A DNA stretch of 64,000 bases. Origin: Acidimicrobiia bacterium (lineage in GTDB: Bacteria; Actinomycetota; Acidimicrobiia; Spongiisociales; ZC4RG35). The stretch is taken from positions 6,984 through 70,983 of the forward strand of contig DASZOM010000006.1 in assembly GCA_035550735.1 (NCBI GenBank), read 5' to 3'. Shown here piece by piece: positions 63,706 to 64,000 of this stretch. The notes under the pieces were generated by a model, which worked only from the letters and a program-made list of their open reading frames with translations, made no database searches and had not been told where the DNA came from. Positions within the stretch are counted from its first letter, which is position 1, and every line of letters starts with the position of its first letter. The translations under genes and the position numbers were made by a program.

Positions 63706-64000
63706 ATGTTTGCCAATACCCAAGCCTTCAGCGGCTTCGCCGTCCCCGACCTGCAGGAAGCGGAGAGGTTCTACGGGGACACCCTCGGCATCGACGTAAC
63801 GAGGGGGGAGATGGGCGACCTGACCTTGAAGCTGGCCGGGGGCAGGGACACGTTCATCTACGAGAAGCCGGACTTCGTTCCCGCCACCTACACGATCCTC
63901 AACTTCGTCGTCGATGACGTCGACGAGGCGGTGGTCGACCTCACGGACAAGGGCATCCAGTTCGAGCAATACGACGAGTTCGACCAGGATGAGAAGGGTG
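63706..64000 (+). CDS. VOC/glyoxalase-family protein, 5' part (runs off the right edge)
   Basis: AAAGGAG SD 5 nt before the ATG at 63706. MFANTQAFSGFAVPDLQEAERFYGDTLGIDV... is open to the window end. The track ORF 63687-63917 is in a different, Arg-rich frame. Confidence 0.7.
   Translation, partial: MFANTQAFSGFAVPDLQEAERFYGDTLGIDVTRGEMGDLTLKLAGGRDTFIYEKPDFVPATYTILNFVVDDVDEAVVDLTDKGIQFEQYDEFDQDEKG

Noticed and set aside
63687-63917. 76-aa track ORF (MRRKEPHVCQYPSLQRLRRP...)
   Set aside because: The overlapping frame starting at 63706 has an AAAGGAG SD and a glyoxalase/VOC-like N-terminus, and stays open to the window end.

Overview
Densely coding segment of a high-GC chromosome, G+C judged by eye at roughly two-thirds. 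Conserved synteny (thrS ... pgsA-acyltransferase-pimA-pdxS-pdxT-yebC ... ruvCAB ... yajC-apt-relA) marks it as Actinomycetota; no finer taxon can be assigned from sequence alone. About 70 genes are supportable. They include a branched-chain amino-acid supraoperon (ilvC / leader-ilvBN-orf-leuBCD), a YdeP-type molybdoenzyme with two oxidoreductases, aat, a tandem USP, and a form-II coxSLM-type molybdenum hydroxylase. A signalling cluster follows: UBP zinc finger / REC-flavoprotein / cNMP-binding histidine kinase, lying divergent to a small GNAT and an adenylyl-cyclase-STAND-TPR protein. After that come tRNA-Met, GNAT, YCII plus an ECF42-type sigma factor, otsA-otsB-GH13, pncB/pncA, a PspC envelope-stress module with HK/LuxR-RR, thrS, gltA coupled to an EF-G paralogue, PI/PIM lipid genes, pdxST, ruvCAB, queA-tgt-yajC, apt, relA and an MBL hydrolase. 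No rRNA, CRISPR array, transposase or integrase was seen. Several items are absent from the ORF track and were found by reading the DNA: an 18-codon Leu/Val/Ile-rich leader peptide with terminator upstream of ilvB, a 45-aa Cys/His-rich metallothionein-like gene with a strong SD, two LexA-type SOS boxes (one on the ruvC start codon, one in front of a DUF222-HNH gene), a probable CTG start for queA, and an 11-bp tandem repeat in the PspC divergent promoter. The best candidate for an uncharacterised system is the translationally coupled UBP-zinc-finger / cysteine-free REC-'thioredoxin-reductase-like' flavoprotein / cAMP-type sensor kinase operon, which sits beside its likely cyclase. All family calls rest on motif recognition by eye; no database search was run.
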